A program made the position numbers and the translations under genes. From NCBI RefSeq assembly GCF_009914755.1, contig NC_060937.1: 64,000 bases of DNA; one strand, 5' to 3'. Shown here in pieces: positions 51,601 through 64,000 of this stretch; position 1 is the stretch's first letter; every line of letters starts with the position of its first letter. The stretch comes from the human T2T-CHM13v2.0 reference genome, Homo sapiens. The notes below the pieces were generated by a model, which was not told the origin of the DNA, did no database searches, and saw nothing but the letters and a program-made list of their open reading frames with translations.

Positions 51601-54600
51601 TCAAAGTTCACAAACCATACATTATATACTGTACATAAAATATCAAAGTACCCAAGGTATATATTCTATACTGTACAAAAAATATCAAAGTACCCAAAGC
51701 ATGTATTATATACTGTACATAAAATATGAAACTACATCAAATATATATTTTATTCTGTACATAAAATATCAAAGTACACCAGATATATATTCTATAGTGT
51801 ACATAAAATATCAAAGTACCCAAACTATTTATTATATACTGTACATAAAATATGAAATTACATCAAATATATACTAGGTACATAAAATATGAAAGTACAT
51901 CAAATATAGATTATATACTGTACATAAAATATCAAAGTACCCCAAATATATATTATATACTCTACATGAAATATCAAAGTTCACAAACTATATATTATAT
52001 ACTGTACATAAAATATCAAAGTACCCAAGGTATATATTCTATACTGCACAAAAAATATCAAAGTACCCAAAGCATGTATTATACACTGTATATAAAATAT
52101 GAAAGTACATCAAATATATATTTTATTCTGTACATAAAATATCAAAGTACACCAGATATATATTCTATAGTGTACATAAAATAACAAAGTACACAAACTA
52201 TAAATTATATACTGTACATAAAATATGAAATTACATCAAATATATACTAGGTACATAAAATATGAAAGTACATCAAATATAGATTATATACTGTACATAA
52301 AATATCAATGTACCCGAAATATATATTTTATACTCTACATGAAATATCAAAGTTCACAAACCATATATTATATACTGTACATAAAATATCAAAGTACCCA
52401 AGGTATATATTCTATACTGTACAAAACATATCGAAGTACCCAAAGCATGTATTATATACTGTACCTAAAATATGAAAGTACATCAAATATATATTTTATT
52501 CTGTACATAAAATATCAAAGTACACCAGATATATATACTATAGTGTACATAAAATATCATAGTACCCAAACTATACATTGTATACTGCACATAAAATATG
52601 AAATTACATCAAATATGTTTTATATTAGGTACATAAAATATGAAAGTACATCAAATATAGATTATATACTGTACATTAAATACCAAAGTACCCCAAATAT
52701 ATATTTTATACTGTACATGAAATATCAAAGTTCACAAACTATATATTATATACTGTACATAAAATATCAAAGTACCCAAGGTATATATTCTATACTGTAC
52801 CAAAAATATCAAAGTACCCAAAGCACGTATTATATACTGTACATAAAATATGAAAGTACATCAAATATATATTTTATTCTGTACATAAAATATCAAAGTA
52901 CACCAGATATATATTCTATAGTGTACATAAAATATCAAAGTACCCAAACTATACATTATATACTGTACATAAAATATGAAATTACATCAAATCTATATTA
53001 GGTACATAAAATATGAAAGTACATCAAATATAGATTATATACTGTACATAAAATATCAAAGTACCCCAAATATATATTATACACTCTACATGAAATATCA
53101 AATTTCACAAACCATACATTATATACTGTACATAAAATATCAAAGTACCCAATATATATATTCTATACTGTACAAAACATATCAAAGTACCCAAAGGATG
53201 TATTATATACTGTACATAAAATATGAAAGTACATCAAATATATATTTGATTCTGTACATAAAATATCAAAGTATACCAGATATATATACTATAGTGTACA
53301 TAAAATATCATAGTACCCAAACTATACCTTATATACTGTACATAAAATATGAAATTACATCAATTCTATATTAGGTACATAAAATATGAAAGTACATCAA
53401 ATATAGATTATATACTGTACATTAAATACCAAAGTACCCCAAATATATATTTTATACTGTACATGAAATATCAAAGTTCACAAACTATATATTATATACT
53501 GTACATAAAATATCAAAGTACCCAAGGTATATATTCTATACTGTACAAAAAATATCAAAGTACCCAAAGCATGTATTATATACTGTACATAAAATATGAA
53601 AGTACATCAAATATATATTTTATTCTGTACATAAAATATCAAAGTACACCAGATATATATTCCATAGTGTACATAAAATATCAAAGTACCCAAGCTATAC
53701 ATTATATACTGTACATAAAATATGAAATTACATCAAATATATATTATATTTGGTACATAAAATATGAAAGTACATCAAATATAGATTATATACTGTACAT
53801 AAAATATCAAAGTACCCCAAATATATATTATATACTCTACATGAAATATCAAAGTTCACAAACTATATATTATATACTGTACATAAAATATCAAAGTACC
53901 CAAGGTATATATTCTATACTGCACAAAAAATATCAAAGTACCCAAAGCATGTATTATACACTGTATATAAAATATGAAAGTACATCAAATATATATTTTA
54001 TTCTGAACATAAAATATCAAAGTACACCAGATATATATTCTATAGTGTACATAAAATAACAAAGTACACAAACTATAAATTATATACTGCACATAAAATA
54101 TGAAATTACATCAAATATATACTAGGTACATAAAATATGAAATTACATCAAATATAGATTATATACTGTACATAAAATATAAATGTACCCCAAATATATA
54201 TTTTATACTCTACATGAAATATCAAAGTTCACAAACCATATATTATATACTGTACATAAAATATCAAAGTACCCAAGGTATATATTCTATACTGTACAAA
54301 ACATATCCAAGTACCCAAAGCATGTATTATATACTGTACATAAAATATGAAAGTACATCAAATATATATTTTATTCTGTACATAAAATATCAAAGTACAC
54401 CAGAAATATATTCTATAGTGTACATAAAATATCAAAGTACCCAAACTATACATTATATACTGTACATAAAATATGAAATTACATCAAATCTATATTAGGT
54501 ACATAAAATATGAAAGTACATCAAATATAGATTATATACTGTACATAAAATATCAAAGTACCCCAAATATATATTATACACTCTACATGAAATATCAAAG

Positions 54601-55550
54601 TTCACAAACCATACATTATATACTGTACATAAAATATCAAAGTACCCAATATATATATTCTATACTGTACAAAACATATCAAAGTACCCAAAGCATGTAT
54701 TATATACTGTACATAAAATATGAAAGTACATCAAATATATATTTTATTCTGTACATAAAATATCAAAGTACACCAGATATATATACTATAGTGTACATAA
54801 AATATCATAGTACCCAAACTATACATTATATACTGTACATAAAATATGAAATTACATCAAATCTATATTAGGTACATAAAATATGAAAGTGCATCAAATA
54901 TAGATTATATACTGTACATTAAATACCAAAGTACCCCAAATATATATTTTATACTGTACATGAAATATCAAAGTTCACAAACTATATATTATATACTGTA
55001 CATAAAATATCAAAGTACCCAAGGTATATATTCTATAGTGTACAAAAAATATCAAAGTACCCAAAGCATGTATTATATACTGTACATAAAATATGAAAGT
55101 ACATCAAATATATATTTTATTCTGTACATAAAATATCAAAGTACACCAGATATATATTCTATAGTGTACATAAAATATCAACGTACCCAAACTATACATT
55201 ATATACTGTACATAAAATATGAAATTACATCAAATATATATTATATTAGGTACATAAAATATGAAAGTACATCAAATATAGATTATATACTGTACATAAA
55301 ATATCAAAGTACCCCAAATATATATTATATACTCTACATGAAATATCAAAGTTCACAAACTATATATTATATACTGTACATAAAATATCAAAGTACCCAA
55401 GGTATATATTCTATACTGCACAAAAAATATCAAAGTACCCAAAGCATGTATTATACACTGTATATAAAATATGAAAGTACATCAAATATATATTTTATTC
55501 AGTACATAAAATATCAAAGTACACCAGATATATATTCTATAGTGTACATA
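45620..55550 (+). repeat. Domain dominated by ~1,497-bp four-unit repeats
   Basis: ORF starts 46227, 47724, 49231, 50728, 52225 (spacings 1497, 1507, 1497, 1497) and 52976/54473, 53349/54846 (1497). Confidence 0.87.
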
Positions 55551-58500
55551 AAATAAAAAGGACACAAACTATAAATTATATACTGTACATAAAATATGAA
55601 ATTACATCAAATATATATTAGGTACATAAAATATGAAAGTACATCAAGTATAGATTATATACTGTACATATAATATCAATGTACCCCAAATATATATTTT
55701 ATACTCTACATGAAATATCAAAGTTCACAAACTATATATTATATACTGTACATATAATATCAAAGTACCCAAGGTATATATTCTATACTGTACAAAAAAT
55801 AACAAAGTACCAAAAGCATGTATTATATACTGTACCTAAAATATGAAAGTACATCAAATATATATTTTATTCTGTACATAAATTATCAAAGTACACCAGA
55901 TATATATTCTATAGTGTACATAAAATATCAAAGTACCCAAACTATACATTATATACTGTACATAAAATATGAAATTACATCAAATATATATTATATTAGG
56001 TACATAAAATATGAAAGTACATCAAATATAGATTATATACTGCACATAAAATATCAAAGTACCCCAAATATATATTATATACTCTACATGAAATATCAAA
56101 CTTCACAAACTATATATTATATACTGTACATAAAATATCAAAGTACCCAAGGTATATATTCTATACTGTACAAAAAATATCAAAGTACCCAAAGCATGTA
56201 TTATATACTGTATATAAAATATGAAAGTACATTAAATATATATTTTATTCTGTACATAAAATATCAAAGTACACCAGATATATATTCTATAGTGTACATA
56301 AAATTACAAAGTACACGAACCATACACTATATACTGTACATAAAATATGAAATTACATCAAATATATATTAGGTAAATAAAATATGAAAGTACATCAAAT
56401 ATAGATTATATACTGTACATAAAAGATCAAAGTACCCCAAATATATATTATATACTCTACATGAAATATCAAAGTTCACAAACTATATATTATATATTGT
56501 ACATAAAATATCAAAGTACCCAAGGTATATATTCTATACTGTACAAAAAATATCAAAGTACCCAAAGCATGTATTATATACTGTACATAAAATATGAAAG
56601 GACATCAAATATATATTTTATTCTGTACATAAAATATCAAAGTACACCAGATATATATTCTATAGTGTACATAAAATAACAAAGTACACAAACTATACAT
56701 TATATACTGTACATAAAATATGAAATTACATGAAATATATTTTATATTAGGTACATAAAATGTGAAAGTACATCAAATATAGATTATATACTGTACATTA
56801 AATACCAAAGTACCCCAAATATATATTTTATACTGTACATGAAATATCAAAGTTCACAAACTATATATTATATACTGTACATATAATATCAAAGTACCCG
56901 AGGTATATATTCTATACTGTACAAAAAATATCAAAGTACCAAAAGCATGTATTATATACTGTACCTAAAATATGAAAGTACATCAAATATATATTTTATT
57001 CTGTACATAAAATATCAAAGTACACCAGATATATATTCTATAGTGTACATAAAATATAAAAGTACCCAAACTATACATTATATACTGTACATAAAATATG
57101 AAATTACATCAAATATATATTAGGTACATAAAATATGAAAGTACATCAAATATAGATTATATACTGTACATAAAATATCAAAGTACCCCAAATATATATT
57201 ATATACTCTACATGAAATATCAAAGTTCACAAACTATATATTATATACTGTACATAAAATATCAAAGTACCCAAGGTATATATTCTATACTGTACAAAAA
57301 ATATCAAAGTACCCAAAGCATGTATTACATACTGTACATAAAATATGAAAGTACATCAAATATATATTTTATTCTGTACATAAAATATCAAAGTACACCA
57401 GATATATATTCTATAGTGTACATAAAATATCAAAGTACCCAAACTATACATTATATACTGTACATAAAATATGAAATTACATCAAATATATATTATATTA
57501 GGTACATAAAATATGAAAGTACATCAAATATAGATTATATACTGTTCATAAAATATCAAAGTACCCCAAATATATATTATATACTCTACATGAAATATCA
57601 AAGTTCACAAACTATATATTATATACTGTGCCTAAAATATAAAAGTACCCAAGTTATATATTCTATACTGTACAAAAAATATCAAAGTACTCAAAGCATG
57701 TATTATATACTGTACATAAAATATGAAAATACATCAAATATATATTTTATTCTGTGCATAAAATATCAAAGTACACCAGATATATATTCTATACTGTACA
57801 TAAAATAACAAAGTACACAAACTATACATTATATACTGTACATAAAATATGAAATTACATCAAATATATATTAGGTACATAAAATATGCAATTACATCAA
57901 ATATAGATTATATACTGTACATAAAATATCAAAGTACCCCAAATATATATTATATACTCTACATGAAATATCAAAGTTCACAAACTATATATTATATACT
58001 GTACATAAAATATCAAAGTACCCAAGGTATATATTCTATACTGTACAAAAAACATCAAAGTACCCAAAGCATGTATTATATACTGTATATAAAATATGAA
58101 AGTACATCAAATATATATTTTATTCTGCACATAAAATATGAAAATACACCAGATATATATTCTATAGTGTACATAAAATAACAAAGTACACAAACTATAC
58201 ATTATATACTGTACATAAAATATGAAATTACATCAAATATATATTAGGTACATAAAATATGAAAGTACATCAAATATAGATTATATACTGTACATATAAT
58301 ATCAATGTACCCCAAATATATATTTTATACTCTACATGAAATATCAAAGTTCACAAACTATATACTATATACTGTACATATAATATCAAAGTACCCAAGG
58401 TATATATTCTATACTGTACAAAAAATAACAAAGTACCAAAAGCATGTATTATATACTGTACCTAAAATATGAAAGTACATCAATCATATATTTTATTCTG

Positions 58501-61500
58501 TACATAAAATATCAAAGTACACCAGATATATATTCTATAGTGTACTTAAAATATCACAGTACCCAAACTATACATTATATACTGTACATAAAATATGAAA
58601 TTACATAAAATATATATTATATTAGGTACATAAAATATGAAATTTCATAAAATATATATTATATTAGGTACATAAAATATGAAAGTACATCAAATATAGA
58701 TTATATACTGTACATTAAATACCAAAGTACCCCAAATATATATTTTATACTGTATATGAAATATCAAACTTCACAAACTATATATTATATACTGTACATA
58801 AAATATCAAAGTACCCAAGGTATATCTTCTATACTGTACAAAAGATATCAAAGTACCCAAAGCATGTATTATATACTGTACATAAAATATGAAAGTACAT
58901 CAAATATATATTTTATTCTGTACATAAAATATCAAAGTACACCAGATATATATTCTATAGTGTACATAAAATATAAAAGTACCGAAACTATTTATTATAT
59001 ACTGTACATAAAATATGAAATTATATCAAATATATATTATATTAGGTACATAAAATATGAAAGTACATCAAATATAGATTATATACTGTACATTAAATAC
59101 CAAAGTACCCCAAATATATATTTTATACTGTACATGAAATATCAAAGTTCACAAACTATATATTATATACTGTACATAAAATATCAAAGTACCCAAGGTA
59201 TATATTCTATACTGTACAAAAAATATCAAAGTACCCAAAGCATGTATTATATACTGTACATAAAATATGAAAGTACATCAAATATATATTTTATTCTGTA
59301 CATAAAATATCAAAATACACCAGATATATATTCTATAGTGTACATAAAATAACAAAGTACACAAACTATACATTATATACTGTACATAAAATATGAAATT
59401 ACATCAAATATATATTAGGTACATAAAATATGAAAGTACATCAAATATAGATTATATACTGTACATATAATATCAACGTACCCCAAATATATATTTTATA
59501 CTCTACATGAAATATCAAAGTTCACAAACCATATATTATATACTGTACATAAAATATCAAAGTACCCAAAGTATATATTCTATACTGTACAAAAAATATC
59601 AAAGTACCCAAAGCATGTATTATATAATGTACATAAAATATGAAAGTACATCAAATATAGATTATATACTGTACATAAAATATCAAAGTACCCCAAATAT
59701 ATATTATATACTCTACATGAAATATCAAAGTTCACAAACTACATATTATATACTGTACATAAAATATGAAATTACATCAAATATATTTTATATTAGGTAC
59801 ATAAAATATGAAAGTACATCAAATATAGATTATATACTTTACATTAAATACCAAAGTACCCCAAATATATATTTTATACTGTACATGAAATATCAAAGTT
59901 CACAAACTATATATTATATACTGTAAATGTAATATCAAAGTACCCAAGGTATATATTCTATACTGTACAAAAAATAACAAAGTACCAAAAGCACGTATTA
60001 TATACTGTACCTAAAATATGAAAGTACATCAAATATATATTTTATTCTGTACATAAAATATCAAAGTACACCAGATATATATTCTATAGTTTACATAAAA
60101 TATCAAAGTACCCAAACTATACATTATATACTGTACATGAAATATGAAATTACATCAAATATATATTATATTAGGTATATAAAATATGAAAGTACATCAA
60201 ATATAGATTATATACTGTACATTAAATACCAAAGTACACCAAATATATATTTTATACTGTACGTGAAATATCAAAGTTCTCAAACTATATATTATATACT
60301 GTACATAAAATATCAAAGTACCCAAGATATATATTCTATACTGTACAAAAAATATCAAAGTACCCAAAGCATGTATTATATACTGTACATAAAATATGAA
60401 AGTACATCAAATATATATTTTATTCTGTACATAAAATATCAAAGTACACCAGATATATATTACATAGTGTACATAAAATATCAAAGTACCCAAACTATAC
60501 ATTATATACTGTACATAAAATATGAAATTACATCAAATATATATTATATTAGGTACATAAAATATGAAAGTACATCAAATATAGATTATATACTGTACAT
60601 TAAATACCAAAGTACCCCAAATATATATTTTATACTGTACATGGAATATCAAAGTTCACACACTATATATTATATACTGTACATAAAATATCAAAGTACC
60701 CAAGGTATATATTTTATACTGTACAAAAAATATCAAAGTACCAAAAGCATGTATTATATACTGTACATAAAATATGAAAGTACATCAAATATATATTTTA
60801 TTCCGTACATAAAATATCAAAGTACACCAGATATATATTCTATAGTGTACATAAAATATCAAAGTACCCAAACTATACATTATATACTGTACATAAAATA
60901 TAAAATTACATCAAATATATATTATATTAGGTACTTAAAATATGAAAGTACATCAAATATAGATTATATACTGTACATAAAATATCAAAGTACCCCAAAT
61001 ATATATTATATACTCTACATGAAATATCAAAGTTCACAAACTATATATTATATACTGTACATAAAATAAAGTACCCAAGGTACATATTCTATACTGTACA
61101 AAAAATATCAAAGTACCCAAAGCATGTATTATATACTGTACATAAAATATGAAAGTACATCAAATATATATTTTATTCTGTACATAAAATATCAAAGTAC
61201 ACCAGATATGTATTCTATAGTGTACATAAAATATCAAAGTACCCAAACTATACATTATATACTGTACATAAAATATGAAATTACATCAAATATATATTAT
61301 ATTAGGTACATAAAATATGAAAGTACATCAAATATAGATTATATACTGTACATAAAATATCAAAGTACACCAAATATATATTATATACTCTACATGAAAT
61401 ATCAAAGTTCACAAACTATATATTATATACTGTACATAAAATATCAAAATAACCAAGGTATATATTCTATACTGCACAAAAAATATCAAAGTACCCAAAG

Positions 61501-64000
61501 CATGTATTATATACTGTATATAAAATATGAAAGTACATCAAATATATATTTTATTCTGTACATATAATATCAAAGTACACCAGATATATATTCTATAGTG
61601 TACATAAAATAACAAAGTACACAAACTATAAATTATATACTGTACATAAAATATGAAATTACATCAAATATATATTAGGTACATAAAATATGAAAGTACA
61701 TCAAATATAGATTATATACTGTACATATAATATCAATGTACCCCAAATATATATTTTGTACTCTACATGAAATATCAAAGTTCACAAACCATATATTATA
61801 TACTGTACATAAAATATCAAAGTACCCAAGGTATATATTCTATACTGTACAAAAAATATCAAAGTACCCAAAGCATGTATTATATACTGTATATAAAATA
61901 TGAAATTACATCAAATATATATTATATTAGGTACATAAAATATGAAAGTACATCAAATATAGATTATATACTGTACATTAAATACCAAAGTACCCCAAAT
62001 ATATATTTTATACTGTACATGAAATTTCAAAGTTCACAAACTATATATTATATACTGTACTTAAAATATCAAAGTACCCAAGGTATATATTCTATACTGT
62101 ACAAAAAATATCAAAGTACCTAAAGCATGTATTATATACTGTACATAAAATATGAAAGTACATCAAATATATATTTTATTCTGTTCATAAAATATCAAAG
62201 TACACCAGATATATATTCTATAGTGTACATAAAATATCAAAGAACACAAACTATACATTATATACTGTACATAAAATATGAAATTACATCAAATATATAT
62301 TAGGTACATAAAATATGAAAGTACATCAAATATAGATTATATACTGTACATAAAATATCAATGTACCCCAAATATATATTATATACTCTACATGAAATAT
62401 CAAAGTTCACAAACTATATATTATATACTGTACATAAAATATCAAAGTACCCAAGGTATATATTCTATACTGTACAAAAAATATCAAAGTACCCAAAGCA
62501 TGTATTATATACTGTATATAAAATATGAAAGTACATCAAATATATATTTTATTCTGTACATAAAATATCAAAGTACACCAGATATATATTCTATAGTGTA
62601 CATAAAATAACAAAGTACACAAACTATACATTATATACTGTACATAAAATATGAAATTACATCAAATATATATTAGGTACATAAAATATGAAAGTACATC
62701 AAATATAGATTATATACTGTACATCAAATATCAATGTACCCTAAATATATATTTTATACTATACATGAAATATCAAAGTTCACAAACCATATATTATATA
62801 CTGTACATAAAATATCAAAGTACCCAAGGTATATATTCTATACTCTACAAAAATATCAAAGTACCCAAAGCATGTATTATATACTGTATATAAAATATGA
62901 AAGTACATCAAATATATATTTTATTCTGTACATAAAATATCAAAGTACACCAGATATATATTCTATAGTGTACATAAAATAACAAAGTACACAAACTATA
63001 AATTATATACTGTACATAAAATATGAAATTACATCAAATATATATTAGGTACATAAAATATGAAAGTACATCAAATATAGAATATATACTGTACATAAAA
63101 TATCAAAGTACGCCAAATATATATTTTATACTGTACATGAAATATCAAAGTTCACAAACTATATATTATATACTGTACATAAAATATCAAAGTACCCAAG
63201 GTATATATTATATACTGTACAAAAAATATCAAAGTACCCAAAGCATGTATTATATACTGTACATAAAATATGAAGGTACATCAAATATATATTTTATTCT
63301 GTACAAAAAATATCAAGGTACACCAGATATATATTCTATAGTGTACATAAAATATCAAAGTACCCAAAGTATAAATTATATACTGTACATAAAATATGAA
63401 ATTACATCAAATATATATTATATTATGTACATAAAATATGAAAGTACATCAAATATAGATTATATAATGTACATTAAATACCAAAGTACCCCAAATATAT
63501 ATTTTATACTGTACATGAAATATCAAAGTTCACAAACTCTATATTATATACTGTACATAAAATATCAAAGTACCCAAGGTATATATTCTATACTGTACAA
63601 AAGATATCAAAGTACCCAAAGCATGTATTATATACTGTATATAAAATATGAAAGTACATCAAATATATATTTTATTCTGTACATAAAATATCAAAGTACA
63701 CCAATTATATATTCTATAGTGTACAAAAAATATCAAAGTATCCAAACTATTTATTATATACTGTAGATAAAATATGAAATTACATCAAATATATATTATA
63801 TTAGGTACATAAAATATGAAAGTACATCAAATATAGATTATATACTGTACATTAAATACCAAAGTACCCCAAATATATATTTTATACTGTACATGAAATA
63901 TCAAAGTTCACAAACTATATGTTATATACTGTACATAAAATATCAAAGTACCCAAGGTATATATTCTATACTGTACAAAAAATATCAAAGTACCAAAAGC
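55550..64000 (+). repeat. More diverged, mosaic HSat1A zone without a clear long period
   Basis: ORF translations here have no exact duplicates elsewhere in the window. Many private substitutions and several units with altered monomer order. Confidence 0.75.

Larger units (their letters stand above)
1..64000 (+). repeat. HSat1A (classical human satellite I / SAR) tandem array, 42-bp monomer
   Basis: Continuous 42-bp period with consensus close to ACATAAAATATCAAAGT + ACCCAAACTATATATTATATACTGT, i.e. the 17-bp and 25-bp pieces delimited by two GTAC (RsaI) sites that define classical satellite I. Very AT-rich, same orientation throughout, no insertion seen. Family assigned by recognition, not by a database search. 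Confidence 0.96.
1..64000 (+). repeat. 9-monomer higher-order unit, 378 bp, with a 373-bp variant
   Basis: Nine distinguishable monomers recur in fixed order: M1 gaaattacatc..ttagg, M2 gaaagtacatc..tagat, M3 agtacccc..catg, M4 agttcac, M5 cccaagg..ttct, M6 aagcatg, M7 gaaagt..ttttattc, M8 caccagat..tagtg, M9 cccaaactatacatt. M1 anchors at 972, 1345, 1718, 2096, 2469, 2847, 3219, 3596, 3969, 4347, 4722 give spacings 373, 373, 378, 373, 378, 372, 377, 373, 378, 375. Confidence 0.97.

Noticed and set aside
972-63766. Over 100 + strand ORFs encoding Y/I/K-rich 14-aa repeats (up to 319 aa)
   Set aside because: The 42-bp monomer is a multiple of 3 and happens to be stop-free in one frame. The ORFs are broken at random by nonsense variants and 5-bp indels, show no domain similarity, and many start only because the 373-bp variant shifts an ATG into frame. 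Not genes.
1-64000. CRISPR-like alternation of a constant 17-bp part and a variable 25-bp part
   Set aside because: The variable parts are homologous to each other and cycle with period nine. There are no unique spacers, leader or cas genes.
1-64000. Alpha satellite, HSat1B, HSat2/3 or telomeric identity
   Set aside because: No 171-bp period or CENP-B box, no Alu-containing ~2.4-kb unit, no CATTC pentamers and no TTAGGG runs seen.
1-64000. TGTACA as steroid-receptor half sites
   Set aside because: Not arranged as inverted half sites with a 3-bp spacer, so no full response element.
1-64000. Inversions or embedded transposon fragments
   Set aside because: None seen on reading. The A-rich orientation and monomer pattern hold from start to end, and the ORF track has no minus-strand entries.

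Overview
The whole 64-kb window is one uninterrupted, single-orientation, very AT-rich tandem satellite array. It matches human/great-ape classical satellite 1A (HSat1A, RepeatMasker SAR): a 42-bp monomer with two GTAC sites, organised as a 9-monomer unit of 378 bp with a frequent 373-bp variant (about 170 units). There are no genes, RNA genes or transposons, and every listed ORF is a by-product of the 42-bp period. Above the 9-mer, shared variants and ORF-track offsets show a nested hierarchy: a 751-bp dimer, blocks of 1,497, 3,004 and 3,750 bp, a 6,364-bp tandem duplication, and related macro-units of 23,127 and 18,007 bp. A more diverged mosaic zone follows after about 55.5 kb. The most interesting functional hypothesis is inference only: the + strand carries about six Pumilio response elements (UGUANAUA) per 378 bp.
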